Below, piece after piece: positions 25,040-37,760 of a stretch of DNA of 64,000 nt. Made by a program: the position numbers and the translations under genes. How positions within the stretch are numbered: position 1 is the stretch's first letter; each line of letters begins with the position of its first letter. This DNA comes from Lama guanicoe. Its lineage: Eukaryota. Location: assembly GCA_013239625.1 (NCBI GenBank), contig MU054220.1:3845374-3909373 (forward strand), in the 5' to 3' direction. Under the pieces are notes generated by a model. It searched no databases. It was not told where the DNA came from and saw nothing but the letters and a program-made list of their open reading frames with translations.

Positions 25040-25097
<58 letters not shown>
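25028..25097. repeat. Poly-C tract (C11-G-C58)
   Basis: Direct reading: C 25028-25038, G 25039, C 25040-25097. May be partly an assembly artefact. Confidence 0.9.
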
Positions 25098-28000
25098 ACC
25101 CTCCTCCCCTTCAGTCTCCAGTTGCCGCCGACACCGCTGCTGTGGCGGCTGCCTTGAAGGCACGTCTCCTCCTGCGGGCTGCTCCTCTCGCCTTCCCTGC
25201 CTCGTTCTCCTCCTTCAGTCCGGCATCCAGGCCTCCTCCGTGGGCCCCTGGGGTCACCCTCTGCCCTTCACCCCTTCCTTCACCCCTGCTCACTTTCCCG
25301 GTTTGCTCACAGGCCCTCGTTGCTTCGTCTGAATTCTGGAGATCCGTTAGGGACATGCAGAGAGGGGCCCGCTAGATCAGAGTATTCATTCCAGGGAAAC
25401 TTCCACGCTGTCCCCTACTCCATGACTGGACTGCAGGGTTAGAGGTAGGGTGATCCTCCATCGGGACCTTGCTCCTTGGCTTCCTGCTGCCCTGGTCGTA
25501 CCTGTTGAAAGCCAGAGGGATTCACCCTCCCTGGGATGCTTTGGACTGTTGGAGATAATGGAGGTAGCTGGAGGGGTTGCAGCAGGAGGTAGGGGAGGTG
25601 AAGGTGGGGACTGCCAACCCCGGACCAGATGCAAATGACTTGATTGCAAGAGGCCAAGACCTGTGTCTCCATCTCAGGACTTATCTTTTCATCTTTGTAC
25701 CACTGCCTCAGCCACATGCCCCCTTCCCCAGCCACTGACACATGACTTCACCGAGACATTTAACCTCTGAACCTCTTCTGTAAAGCAACCACCCACCCGC
25801 CTACCCCAGACAAAATGGGCAAGCAAGCAGATCAAAGCAGACAGCCCCAGTGAAAGTGCTTGCTAACCCCACCCCCTCATATGAGAGAGGCTCAGGTTGC
25901 CCAATCCTGTTCCCTGGGCAACAATTCTTTGAGTCCCAGCTCTGAGACTTCCACACTCAGGGCCTGCAGCAACATTCAAACACACACAAGCTCTGCAGGA
26001 GGCCCCTTGGTCAACTGAATCAGACTCAAGAGTAAGTGACTGATAGAACCTACTCCAGTCTTGAATATGAATGTTGGTGATGTCAGGCCACAAGGCAGCG
26101 TTTCAGGGGCAGGAAGTCGCTGCCTTTCCTTGCCCACATTCCAGGAAAAGGATATGTCCCTCTAAGGACTTCGAAGATGTCTGGTCCTTTCAACTATTTC
26201 CCTTAGTAAACTGAGGAGTGGCTAATAGAGTAAAGGTGTGGCCAGGAGAAAAAAAAAAAAACAACCTGTATCTACAGTTTTTAAATGGACCCAGAGTGAG
26301 TAATACTTAACCTAAGGGGAGAAAATCTCTGCTAGTGTGATTTCTGTAAAACAAGGACAAGGAAAACTACAAAGGGCTTCAGGCTCCACATTCACCCCTT
26401 CAGCTGCCAAAACAAGGCTGGGGGAGAGGCTGACCCTTCGCGCTGAGAAACCCCACAGGCGCTGCGTTTCTGGAATGCTGTTGGAAGAGGCCGTCTGTGT
26501 GGGCCTCCTTGGATACAAGGCGCCACATAAATTTAAAAAGAAAAAAACGTGAACCTCCAGTGAGGGTGCTGGGGCCTGGGAGGTGGAGGCCAGAGGCAGC
26601 AGGAGGGCTGGATGGAGTTTCCGAGGGCGAGGGTCCGAGCAATTGGCAGAAGCAGGGAGGAAGAAGTGGGAGCAGAGGGCACCTGGAGATGAGGCCAGAG
26701 CAGGCCATTTGGACAGCTCAGACCCCCAGATGGGAGGAGAGCTCCAGTTCCAAGTCGGAGTTTCCCAGACCTCAGCCGTTCTGCCTCCGCTGGGAATCCG
26801 GCCCAAGCTGCACACCAGATAGAACCACTTGCTTAATAGCTTTCTTTAAATTAACTCGGGTTGGTTGGTTGGTTTGTTTGATCTTTTTTTTTAACTTAAG
26901 TCTGCTTGTTCTTACAAAGAAATGTTATATCATTGCCATAAATGGAAAACGAGCATCACGTTACTCTAAATAGAAGGTAATCATAAAAATAAATACCACG
27001 AAAAGAAAACAGTGTTATTAAATTCTAGCAATGTATATTTAACCACAATAAACAAAAATTCCAACAACATACTGCTGCCTAGGGAAGGTGTGGGCCAGGG
27101 GCCCCACTCTCTCTGTAAAAGAGAGAACAACAGGGTGGAAAGGTGTTAAGGACGCAGCAACAATAAACTGAGACTCCGAGTTGTGATCAAAAGGGCTGAG
27201 AGTTGGGAAGGGACTCCCACCCCTCCTCCTCGGGAGGTCTGTCAGAGTACTGAAGGCCCCCGGATGAATGATCTTACATCTCCTTGAAGATCTCTGATGC
27301 CCGGCCATCGTGAAACACGATTCAAAGTGTATTTGGCAAAAAGTACTTTTGGCAAGAGTCAGGAACTCCAAGAGCTTCGTCCTGGACCAGGGAAGGGGAT
27401 CCTGGTTGCAAAGAGCAGCCTCCCTCCCTCTCACAGGATGGCCTTGGGGAAGTCCTCCCTTCTCTGGCCTCGGGGTCTCCACCTGCATCACGAGAGGCCA
27501 GGGAAATGGCTTCTGGGATCCCTTTTGGAATCCTGTGATAAAAGCAAGAAAGGAACCACAGTCCTGGTTTGCTGGGAAATAAAGGGGGAAGCTTCACCCA
27601 GGAGAGGGGTTGGGGAAGGGAGAGGCCAGAAAAGGGAGAAAATATTGGGAGGGGAGATGGACCAGGGTCAGTCCCCAGGAGGGAGTGAAGGTTGACCGAC
27701 TGGAATCTAGGTTGTCATAAACCAGAAGTTGCCTGGCCCAGAAAGTTCTAGATTCCCCATTTGCCCATCCTGGAAGGAATCTTGTGGAGAATTCACTGGA
27801 ATCCAACCAACTCATTTTACAGATGGGGAAACTGAGGGAGAACCGCGGACTAGCTCCTAGTCATACTCAAAGAGCTGGGTGCTGAATGAGGCCTCCTGAC
27901 TCCAAGGCCAGGGACTTTCTACTCCCTTGGTGTTTGTGGTTCTAGTAGAAATGATCCTTCTGAAAATATTCAACTTTCCTCCAAGGGGCTCTTAGATTTC

Positions 28001-28279
28001 ATTTTTCTCTGTAGTCTGGAAAAAACATTGAATTGGCATAAAAGCCCCAAAATTGCCTGAGTGTGGTCAGTCTGGGCAGCCCAGGGGCTGTGCCCCAGTC
28101 ACCAGACACAGGACACCTGGGGTGAGCATCCACCCACTGGCACTGGGGGCCCTAATGCAGAGCAAAGAGCCCCAAACCATGAGTCCACAGGCCCAAGTTC
28201 TGGTCCCGGCCATCTTGACCATTCCCTTCTCTCTCTGGGCCTCAGTGTTCCCGTCTGTAAAACGAGACGCTGGGGTGAG

Positions 28280-28470
28280 ATCTGTGGGTTTCAAGTTGAG
28301 CTGGCAGTTCCTCCTCCTGGGTGCGTAAGGAGGTGGAGGAGGGAGGGAAATCTCCCTCCCAGCTTTAGCCAGAAGCAGTTTCCTCTTTCATCTGTTTTGT
28401 ACGATGATGTCTCACATAAGATTTCAAGGATAAAGTGTCCTTCACTTAAAAAGAATTCAAAATCACTAGA
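28280..28470. mobile_element. Decayed hAT-Charlie-like MITE
   Basis: tcatctgttttgtac...cataagatttcaagg...aagaattcaaaatcacta resembles the end of an old MER/Charlie element; subfamily uncertain. Confidence 0.45.
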
Positions 28471-28609
28471 AGGGATGAACTGTTGCTCCCAACATTTCTA
28501 CATTTATGGCGGATTAGACTGTGAGCCTCTCAAGTGCTGGGGCCCTGCCTTGTTCATCTCCTGCCCTCCGGCACCCAGCAGAGTCGGCGCTCAGGAGACA
28601 TTAGATGCC

Positions 28610-28790
28610 ACTTCCTAACTGTGCCACCTTGAGCCAGCTCCCTTAAACTCTCTGAGCCTCAATGAGCTGATGCAAATCTAAACGGGAATTGTAAACACAC
28701 CTCTAGCGTGGGCTGGCTGTGAGTCTCACAGAAAGCTCTTAGTCTGGCCCTGGCACATAATAAATGCTCAATCAAGGTGAGCCTAATGCA
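28610..28790 (+). mobile_element. MIR SINE
   Basis: gccacttcctaactgtgccaccttgagc...ctctctgagcctca...ctggcacataataaatgctcaat. Confidence 0.75.
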
Positions 28791-29869
28791 TGAATGGGTG
28801 GCTGGAAAATGCTAGCTAGGCTAGATCCTTTCCCCACAAGGCATCTTGACCTTAGCTTTTTCAAGGCAGTCTGCATTTTAAATATTTAATCACTGCCTTG
28901 CTAATAATTTTTTTTCTGAATTGTCTCTTTTTCTATGTAATCTGCAATCATTTCCCCCAAAATGACAGCTCATTAAATGTACAACTGGGTGTGATTGAAT
29001 TTGTTTATCTTTGCCATGATTGTCATAGAAATAAATTTTCAAATTCTAGGAACGTCCTTTGGAGCTTTGATGAATATGGTCTTGACCCTCCCAGGCCTGA
29101 ACCAGTTACAGGGTCCCCCTTCTTTCTCTCTTTTCCTCCCTCCAACAAGCTACCCACAAACATTGGCCAGCCTGAGTATTTTCAGCATCAGGCCCAAGGA
29201 CTTGCCTGCCAAGGTCCCCCTCCACCCCCAGGAATGCTACTGGCTGGGAGCTGGAAGAAGCACTGCGAGCACTCCCTCCCTGACCCTCTGCAGGAAAACA
29301 GTTGGATCCTGGATAGTTGGGCTGGGAGGGGCCCAGGGTCGAGCTTCCTCTAGGTGCTTTGTAGCCCAGTTTTCTAGAAAAGCTGCTCCCCGGAACAGGT
29401 CCTGCCAGATGAGGATACTTCCGAACCTACATCATCCACCTTCATTTTCTTTATAACTAACAGCAAATAATACAATGTTAATAGCTACCATTCATGGAGG
29501 GCTTACTTGGGTAGAAGCTCAGGTTGTGAGATTAGGTTCAGGTTCAAAGCTTGGCTCCTTTGTTTGCCAGCTGTGTGGCTTTGGGCAAGTTACTTTCCCT
29601 CTCTGTGCTTTAGACGCCTAATCTTTAACGTGAGAAATGTGTACTGTATGCCAGGCACCGTGATAAGGCTGTTAAAAGTCCCAGGTCACTTAAGCCTCCA
29701 AACAACTCCATTAGGTAGGGATGGTTAGGAAGCCTGTTTAACAGACAGGGAAACTTCTTCCCATAAGTTGCCCAGCAAAAAGAACAGGGATTCAAACCTT
29801 TCGCTTTTCACATCCTTTGGGACCATATACTCATGGAGATGGGGAGGGAATTGTGGGCAGGGAAGAAGT

Positions 29870-30050
29870 CAGGAGACGTGGAGCAATTCAGGCATTGAAC
29901 TTTCTGGCTGTGTGACCTTGGCCAAGTGCCTGACTTCTCTGAGCCTCCCTCTTCTATAAAGGGAGATGATAATATCTACCCTACAGGGAAAGTTGCAAAC
30001 ATTGAAGGAGATGACATCTGTGAAAGGGCTTTGAAAACCAGAAAGTACAT
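29870..30050 (+). mobile_element. MIR SINE
   Basis: ggctgtgtgaccttggccaagtgcctgacttctctgagcctc...ataatatctaccctacaggg. Confidence 0.8.
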
Positions 30051-31064
30051 GGCAAATCCAAGTCTTTTTTTTTTTTTAATCATCTTTATCATCCATGTTC
30101 AACTGTTGAGATTACAAGTTTGGAATTCCGGGTCCCCCTGGTACAATTCAGTCATCCAACAAATATTCATGAAATTTCAATAGTGAGCCAGGAACTGCTC
30201 AGTACCTGGACATCTAAACCTAAGAAGGAAAAGAGAACATATATGGCTCATCTTCATTTACATGATTGATGGGGAACAATCAATGCTATCAGAGAATTTT
30301 TAAAATTTGACTCATCTTCGGCCACAGCCCTCTCATTTTACAGATGTAAACACTGAAGTTCAGCCTAGGGTGGGCAGGGACCACTTTCCAAGATCTGCCA
30401 GCAAGCTGACTTCAGAATTTAGGGGAGTTTGGGTCTCATTTCCCAAATCAGTTCCTGTTGACCAAATCTCCTGCCTCATTTTCTGCTCTCAGCGCCTCAG
30501 TTGGTCATGGATACTACCTCCCCTCTGTGAATGATTAGTCGCCACACCGCTGCTCCCTGAACGCAAGAGTGCATGTGCACACTTTTGCGCCCTGATGCAA
30601 ACAACTCCCAAAGAGCGAGCTGGCAACGCATGTGAATGGTCAACCAGGGGCCTCAGGCAGCATGCAGGAGTTGCCCAGGAAAGCCCTAGAGGTGGGTCTC
30701 TGGCTAAAGGCTCTTCTGCCCATGGGTAGTGGACAACTGATCCGGGGCACCGGAGCCAGCAGGGAATTAATGGTGAGTAAGATCAAGCTCCTTGCAGTAT
30801 CAGAATGTTGCAGGTCTTGGACTTCGGGGCAGCTTAGACCCAGGCTGTCACTGAACCTCCCTGGAGCTCAGTTTCCTCTTTGCAAAATGGAGATAGTAAC
30901 TACCTCTTGGGGTTTCAGAAGGTTAATTGAAATGACACGTGTAAAACGCTTACAGAGGGCACAGGGCAAGTATTAAAGATTAGTGGACTTACTTTCCCTG
31001 CAGACCAAGTCTTATTGGTACACGAAACATTGAGAGCCTACAGCGTGCTTACAGGGAGGCTAAG

Positions 31065-31290
31065 AACTTTATCGAGCTCTTACTAAATCCCAGGCACTTT
31101 GCTCAACACTGTACCTTTATTTATTCTTCCCAAAAATTCTATAAGGAAGGGTCTGTTATTATCCCCCTTTTACAGAGGGGAAAACTGAGGCTCAGAACAA
31201 TGAAGTTTCCTGTCCTTGTTGTACTAGCTGGTGAGTGGCAGAGCTGGAATTTGAACCCAGGCAGTCAGTCATATCCCAGAGCCCAGTTTC
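31065..31290 (-). mobile_element. MIR SINE, near full length
   Basis: ttattatccccc ttttacagaggggaaaactgaggctcaga...gagtggcagagctggaatttgaacccaggcagtc. Confidence 0.85.
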
Positions 31291-31868
31291 CATATCCTGA
31301 CTCACCACTTCATGCCCATTATCTGTTGGTTCTTCCCCAGAACTCTGTAGTTATTAGGATCATCCCCATTTGACAGATGAGCAAAGTGAGGTTCAGCGAG
31401 GAGGCGTGACTCACCAAGCAGGGCAGCAGTGGAATTAAAAAGAACCCTAGATGTTTTGACTGCAATGGCCTTGACTCTTGTGACAGAGGGCAGGTGACTG
31501 GCCTATGAGTTCCCTCTAATCAGGACGTATTGCCTGCTTTGAAGCTAAGTGACCCTACAGGAGTCACATGGGCTCTCAGGCCACTGAGTGTGTGCTGGAT
31601 GTGGTGACAAGAAGGCCAGGTCACTTCATGGTCATTGATTCTGATGTCCATTCTGTGTTCTGGGTGCAAGTCAGCTGCAGAGAGCAGGGCTGAGAAACCT
31701 GGATCCCTGCTGGGCCAACTCCGGGTTCAAGGACAGATCTGCACCTGACTATCACTGTGGCCGGGCTGCACGGGCCTTGCTCTGGTTACCTAGGTAGCAC
31801 AAGACAGCGCCTGCTCCCTTGGTCTCTTCAAATTTCTAATCCTCCCACTGCTTCCCTCCCGCTCCATC

Positions 31869-32332
31869 TGTTATGGTTTGAATGTGTTCCCCTCAAAGAT
31901 ACTGAAGCCCTAACCTCCAGTACCTGGGAGTGGGACCTTATTTGGAAATAGTGTCTCTGTAGATGATAAAGTTAAGACGAAGTCATTGGGGTATGGTCTC
32001 ATCCAGTATGACTGGGTCCTCATTTAAATGGATAAAGTGTGGACACAGAGACAGACCATGTGAATTTTCACAAAGAGAGAGACATGGGGTGGTGGGGGCA
32101 GAGGTTGGACTGATGCAGTTGCAAGCCGTGGAATGCTGAGGGCTCCTGGCCACCATCAGAAGCCAGCAAAGGGCAAAGAAAGGTTCTACCTGGAATCTCA
32201 GAAGGAATGTGTCCCTGCCTATAGCTTGATTTCAGACTTCCAACCTTTAAAACTTTGCAGTAATGGCTTTCTGGTCCTTTAAGCCCCCCAGTTTGTGCTA
32301 CTTTGTCGTGGTAGCCCTAGCAAATGAATACA
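31869..32332 (+). mobile_element. MaLR solo LTR (MLT1B/C-like)
   Basis: TG...CA ends (tgttatggtttgaatgtg...agccctagcaaatgaataca); internal gaccttatttggaaatag and ttgatttcagacttcca. Confidence 0.88.
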
Positions 32333-32519
32333 CCCCCCTTTCACTAGCCCTGAGTCCCCATATTCTAAGCATGCACTTCAAGGTGACCAGGCTCAAAAGA
32401 AGTGATCAAACATCAAGTTCTCACTGACAAATGTACTCTGCACCTGCCATCCCTGAAACAGATGCATGAAAGGGTATCTCCAGAAGCTTCTCCTCCTCCT
32501 TGAAAATGGGTTCCTTATT

Positions 32520-32740
32520 TAACAGATATTACAGAGCACTTGCTAAGTGCCAGGAGCTCTTCTAAGAACTTTCTGAATGTTTACTACTATCATTATCCCC
32601 ATTTCACAAATGGGAAAATTGAGGCACAGAATGGCTAAGTAATTTGACAAACATTGCATGGCAAAGTGGCAGAGCTGAGATTCAAACTTGGACAATCAGG
32701 CTCTGGGTCCCAAGCTCTAAATTACTTTATCTTGCTGCCT
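32520..32740 (-). mobile_element. MIR SINE
   Basis: attatccccatttcacaaatgggaaaattgaggcacaga...aagtggcagagctgagattcaaac. Confidence 0.8.
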
Positions 32741-32914
32741 CCAGTAGCTTTCTCTTGGAATGTCAGCTTCCCCATCTGTTAAATGGGAACAACGAACACT
32801 GGCAGGAAGAAAACTGCACATTGTTACAAACACTGGGATCCTAGTTCCCATCCTGGAGCTCCCAGGACCTGGAAGATGGATGGAACCATGATGATTGGCT
32901 AGTCCTCTGCTTCA

Positions 32915-33062
32915 GTGTGTGTGTGTGTGTGTGTCTGTGCTCATGTGTGTACATGCCCATGCCTGTGTGTGTGCTTGTGTGTGTGTGTAAGGGGACATGT
33001 CTGTGCTTGCGTATATGTGCGTGCCTGTGCCTGTGTCTGTGAATGTGTCTATGTGTGTGTGT
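32915..33062. repeat. Degenerate (TG)n low-complexity tract
   Basis: Direct reading. Confidence 0.9.
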
Positions 33063-36000
33063 TCCTACACATCCACAGTTTAATGGCATTTTTTTTCAGA
33101 GTAAGGCTGATTCGCTTACTCAAATTAATGTTCGCATTTTGATTGACTCATTTAATGGGAACAGCTAGTTCGTGTGCCAGTATGTGAACTGACCCTCAAG
33201 ACCCTTCCATCAACAAAACACGGAGAGGATCTCGTTCCCAAGTTAACAAACGTTGGACAACAATCAGCTTTTCCCTGACTTCTTGTTTTTCACCACGATG
33301 CCTAGTGATTTCCATCTAGCATTCTGACAAAAGAGGAAGTGTGAGAGCTTGCGAAGGAAGACAGGGAATAAAAACTCCCAGAAGAGAGGAAGAGGGGAGG
33401 ATTTCATGGTTTAGCAAAAGTGATTTTACCCACTCGACTTTCTTTGCAGCTGCAGAAGTTCACAGGTGACAGCGGGGTGACGGCAGCCAAGTTTGTGCTC
33501 TGATTTGCAGCAGAACTGGGGTCACGCCACACTGGTCCAGCTGTCCATGTCTCCCCTGGCTTTTCTTCTTCCCAGATTTTTCTTCCTCTGCTACTGCCTG
33601 ACTGATCCCTTGCTTTTTATTCCAAAATGTAAACCTCTAATAAACCTAGAGACAGGCTTATGCCTGATTGATCCCCAGTTACAGAGGAGCCCGAGCCAAT
33701 TACAAGGTGGATAAAAGTCCGCACGTGCAGTTCGTAGAAATGCTTCCCCAGCAGAAACAGCTTAACTCCATAAAGCTCCCCCGGCATGTTTGCTTAGTGG
33801 CTCCATTTTTTAAGAGGCTGACCTTTTCAACAAGCCTGGGTTCACTCAGACCTTTGCACCGTAGTGGCTCACGACTGAGTGTGCACGAACCAACCACTTC
33901 GGGACAGTCTTGCCTGCTGTCTAATTCACAGCACCTGGTGCCTGGTAGGGGCTCGAAAAATATCTAGTGAATGAAGGAGTGAATCAAATAATCAATAAAT
34001 AAAAGCTTTAGCAAAACAGAATTTGGAGATGAACTCCTCTAAAGGAAAAAAAACAAATGGCATATTCTTCCCGGCCAAAAAGTTCTTGTTCTGATTATCT
34101 GCGCCTCTGAGCCCCCTCTTCTCAGAGATACCAGGCTGCATTCTGTGGCAGGATCCTTCAATTCAGATGGTTCCTTCATCTAGTCAGTATTTTAGAGCCC
34201 TGCCTATGTGCCAGCAACTATGCTGGGTAAACGCTGGGCGTACAGTGGTGAATCTGACAGGTGCAGCCTCTGCTTCTGTGATGCTCACAGATCAGGAGGA
34301 GAGCTATCTGCCTGGGATTCACTAGACATGGGGCTGCCCTGTGAATGCAGAAGTGGCCCCAGTCCCTCCGTATGTTCCAAGGCCGGGAAAGACCCCTGAG
34401 GTCCACTTGTGGGAATTCAGTGGGTGACCACCCCCGCAACCTTCCTATGAGGCCAAGCTGAGCATTAGGCCTTTATTACTAGAGGTAAAAACACACTGCA
34501 GTCTGTACTTGACTTTCTATAGCCTGGAACCCCTGCCCGCTCAAATAAACTAACAAGAGCTCAAGGGAACAACTAAGCCCAGAGAGGGCTCCTCGGAGAC
34601 CCGAGTGCACCTAGCGCCAGAAGGCTGGGGGGGGGGGTGACCGCACTGGACGTCAGTAGATCAAGGTCCTAGTTGGAGCTTTGCTGGTGACATGCTAGTG
34701 GCCTGGACAAGACCTTGCCAATTCTGAGTCACCCAGGTTGGATGAGATCAGCTCTAAGTCTTTTCCATCTCGAACCTTCTGTGTCTGTCTAAATACATCT
34801 ATTTCCCTGTCCTCTCTGCCCCTCTCCCTGTCATCCCTTCACTCAGGGTCCTGCTTCTGCCTGGACTGTCCTGTGTCCTTCTTAGCAGCGCACTCTCACT
34901 CTCAAAGGCAAGTTTCCAAGGGAACCACTGGCCACGCCGAGCCCAGAAGACTCAGCCAACCCCAGGTCTGGGAGGGAACCCCCAGCCTTCACTGCTGGGC
35001 TTGGAAGTCAAAGGGCAAAGACACCAGTGCTGCTGGTCCCGGGCACGGGGAGCACCTGGGCTGCGGGCTCAGGTGGACCCCAGCCTCTGCACACCCGGCC
35101 ACCCTGGGGCTTGCCGGAGACCACGAGCCAGTCCCTTTCTTTCTGTCACCCACGGGATTTTGCTTCTCCCAGGTGTTTTCCCACAAAGCACCCCTACCCC
35201 GACACAGACCTCTGGGAACCAGGGTAGAATGCTGATCAAAGGGCAGGCCTGCATTTGTCCTTGCTGCTTCTCAGAGTAAAAGCTGAAGTCCTGACGATGT
35301 ATATCAGACCCAGCCTGATCTGCTGCACCCACTGCCTTGTATCATCTCCCTTCTTCTCCCACCTCACCTATTCTGCCCCAGCTGTACTGGCTCCAATATC
35401 TACGTGCCTGACAGATTCCCACCTCAGGATCTTTGCACTGGCTGTCCCTCCAAATGCCTCTGCACCCCTCGTCTTGATCACTGGCTCTGGTGCTCCCAGC
35501 AGAGGGAGGCAACCCAGCTCTTGCTTCTGGGGGCCTCTTTTCCCCACCTGGGCTCAAGTTCCCAGCACAGTAAATGCAAGGACAGAAAAGACAGGACAGG
35601 TGAGCTTTCTTGGCCTGTGTTAGGGGGAGGTTCCGTTTGTTAGAGGGGCTTAGAGAGGAATGGGATTTATTTTCTTTAAGGCTTCTTACACCTGCCCTTT
35701 CTTCTCAATATCCTCTAGTTCAGCCCCTGTTTACAGAGGCCCAGGAGAGGCACTGGGGACACCAAGAAGCTTGGATAGTAAGTTAGGCAGGCAGGCACAT
35801 GCTTTTCGAACGCCCGCTGTATGCAAGGCACCATGCTAGAAGTCACACCAGAGGGCAACTTGGTAAACCCATAGGGACAACCAACAATCATCAGGACCTA
35901 CTATCAGCTCTGCTCCAAGCTGTGCCCGTGTTAGCTCACTTAATCCTCATGACAGGTCTTATCAGCCACTCCTGCTGGTATACCCCCGTTTCACAGAAGC

Positions 36001-36148
36001 TGTGGCATCGCAGGGAGGGTTAGTTGTCTAACGGACAGTGTAAGCCTAATCCTGACAGCCCGTTTTTAACTTTGAAAGGCCATGAACATCTCTGAGAACA
36101 CTGAGAAAGCTGAAGACTCCTCCCCAGAAAAATATGCATACATGGAAT

Positions 36149-36482
36149 TGTTATGGACCACATGTGTCCCCCAGATTCATATGATCAGGTGATGGTATTT
36201 GGAGGTAGGGTCTTTGAGAGGTTATTAGGTTTATTATGCAGAACTCTCATGATGGGATTAGTGCCTGTATAAAAAGAGGAAGAGACACCAAAGCATCCTC
36301 TCTCCATCACATGAGGATACAGAAAAAAAAAAAAAAGCAGCCACCTGCAAGTAAGAAAGAAGGTCTTCACCAGACACCAAATCTATTGGCACCTTGATCT
36401 TGAACTTCCCAGCCTCCACAAGTAGAGACATAAATGTATGTTGTTCAAGCCACTCAACCTATGATACTTTGTTACTGAGCAG
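36149..36482 (+). mobile_element. MaLR LTR (MLT1A-like), apparently inside an older hAT-type MITE (~36060-36148 and ~36485-36560)
   Basis: tgttatggac...gtgatggtatttggaggtaggg...atgatgggattagtgcc...ggcaccttgatcttgaacttcccagcctcca. The flanks ccccagaaaaatatgcatac and aattttgcacacaatttcc read as one interrupted element. Confidence 0.8.
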
Positions 36483-37214
36483 GTGAAATAATTTTGCACA
36501 CAATTTCCGGGGCTTTAGAAAGCCTTTGTGATCCATAGACTTAAAAGTCAGAATCCCTGGTTTGGAATCTGATTATAAATGCATAAATTATCACAATTTA
36601 GATCTGAGCTTCCTGGCAGCCAAGGCAAAAAGGAGATATTGAGTTCTGTAACTCTCATTTATCTTCAGGGTAAAAAAGGCATATTAAGTTCTTTGAAAGA
36701 GAAAAATCTCTTTCCTGGCACCACTGCCTGGGAGGAATTTGTCTCTTGGCGGCAAAACTGTAGCTCTTATTTTTCCACTTAGCAGGAGCTGCAGGTTGCC
36801 TGGGAATCCCAACCTGCAAAGATGGCAACACCACCTTGAAATGTAAAACACTGCCAGCTTCCTTTCTCCAGCAATAGACTGTCACCCGCCCTGGGTGTAA
36901 ATACAGCTCCCACTTTGGAGGCAGGTTGCTAAACCATATGCGCGGGACATATGGAGGAAGCGGGGAGTGCAGCCGCCACCAGGAAACACTTCTGCAGCCA
37001 ACCTGCTGCTGCACCGCCACCGCTGCTGTTCCCTGTGGTCCCCACGGAACAGCCGGGCCCACCGCGTCTGGACCTGGCTGCTCCCCTGGGGAAGCAAGGA
37101 GCAGAGTCCCGGTGACCTTTCCCGGAGCAGGCTGGGGTTCTCCCGGGTCCTTCACACGGTGGGCGGGGACTCAAATTCTGCGTGGGGCGGGGCGGCGCCC
37201 TCTGCCAATCTGAT

Positions 37215-37760
37215 CATCCTTCAGCCTCTATCCTCCCTCCCCATTTCCTGCTCATCTCTGTTTCTGACTCTTTCTCCTTTTTCTTTTTCTCCTTTTTGGC
37301 TATTCTCATTTTTTCTATTTCATTTTTTCCCCCTTCTGCTGGTCTCTCTCTCACCTTCTCTCTGTTTCCCTCTTTTTGATTCTGTTTCTCTGCCCCGTTT
37401 TCCTTCCACCTCCTCTTGCTCTTTGTACCTATTTCTCCCTCTATCTCTGTTTCACCATCTTGGTTTTCCTTCGTTCTCCGTCTCTTATTAGCTCTTTGCC
37501 TTTGTCTCTCCGTCCGCCTCTCCGTGTGTCTCTCAGTCTCTGTGCCATTGCCTTCTGTTCTGTCTTTCTTGGTACTTTCTCTATGTAGGAACCTGACTTG
37601 TTCCTTCTCTCCCTTTCTCTGTGGTTTCTCCACCTAATAATCTCTCTCTCTCTCTCCCCCTACTCCCTCCCACTCTCAGTATTGGGCTCTCTGCATCTCT
37701 GCCTCTCTTTTCCCACGATCAATATCTATTTCCATACCTCTCACTCTGTCTTTCTTTCCT
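37215..37760. repeat. CT-rich (polypyrimidine/polypurine) low-complexity tract
   Basis: About 550 nt dominated by C/T on the + strand. Confidence 0.85.

Larger units (their letters stand above)
23880..25210. promoter_or_regulatory. CpG island / promoter of a minus-strand gene
   Basis: Sharp rise in GC and CpG density against CpG-depleted flanks, densest at 24640-25030. GC boxes (ccccgccccgcccc ~24215-24228) and GGC repeats. Confidence 0.9.

Noticed and set aside
24518..25375. 285-aa + strand ORF with poly-Pro, and the overlapping minus-strand poly-Gly ORFs (24560-25099, 24627-25163)
   Set aside because: Stop-poor because the CpG island is GC-rich. The homopolymeric amino acids come from the poly-C tract, and no domain is recognisable.
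35496..35509. Weaker CTCF-like matches (also ~35845 and ~56739)
   Set aside because: Mismatches at informative positions; expected by chance in 64 kb of GC-rich DNA.
37182..37637. Hydrophobic 'membrane-like' and K/E/R-rich ORFs
   Set aside because: Translations of a CT-rich low-complexity tract.
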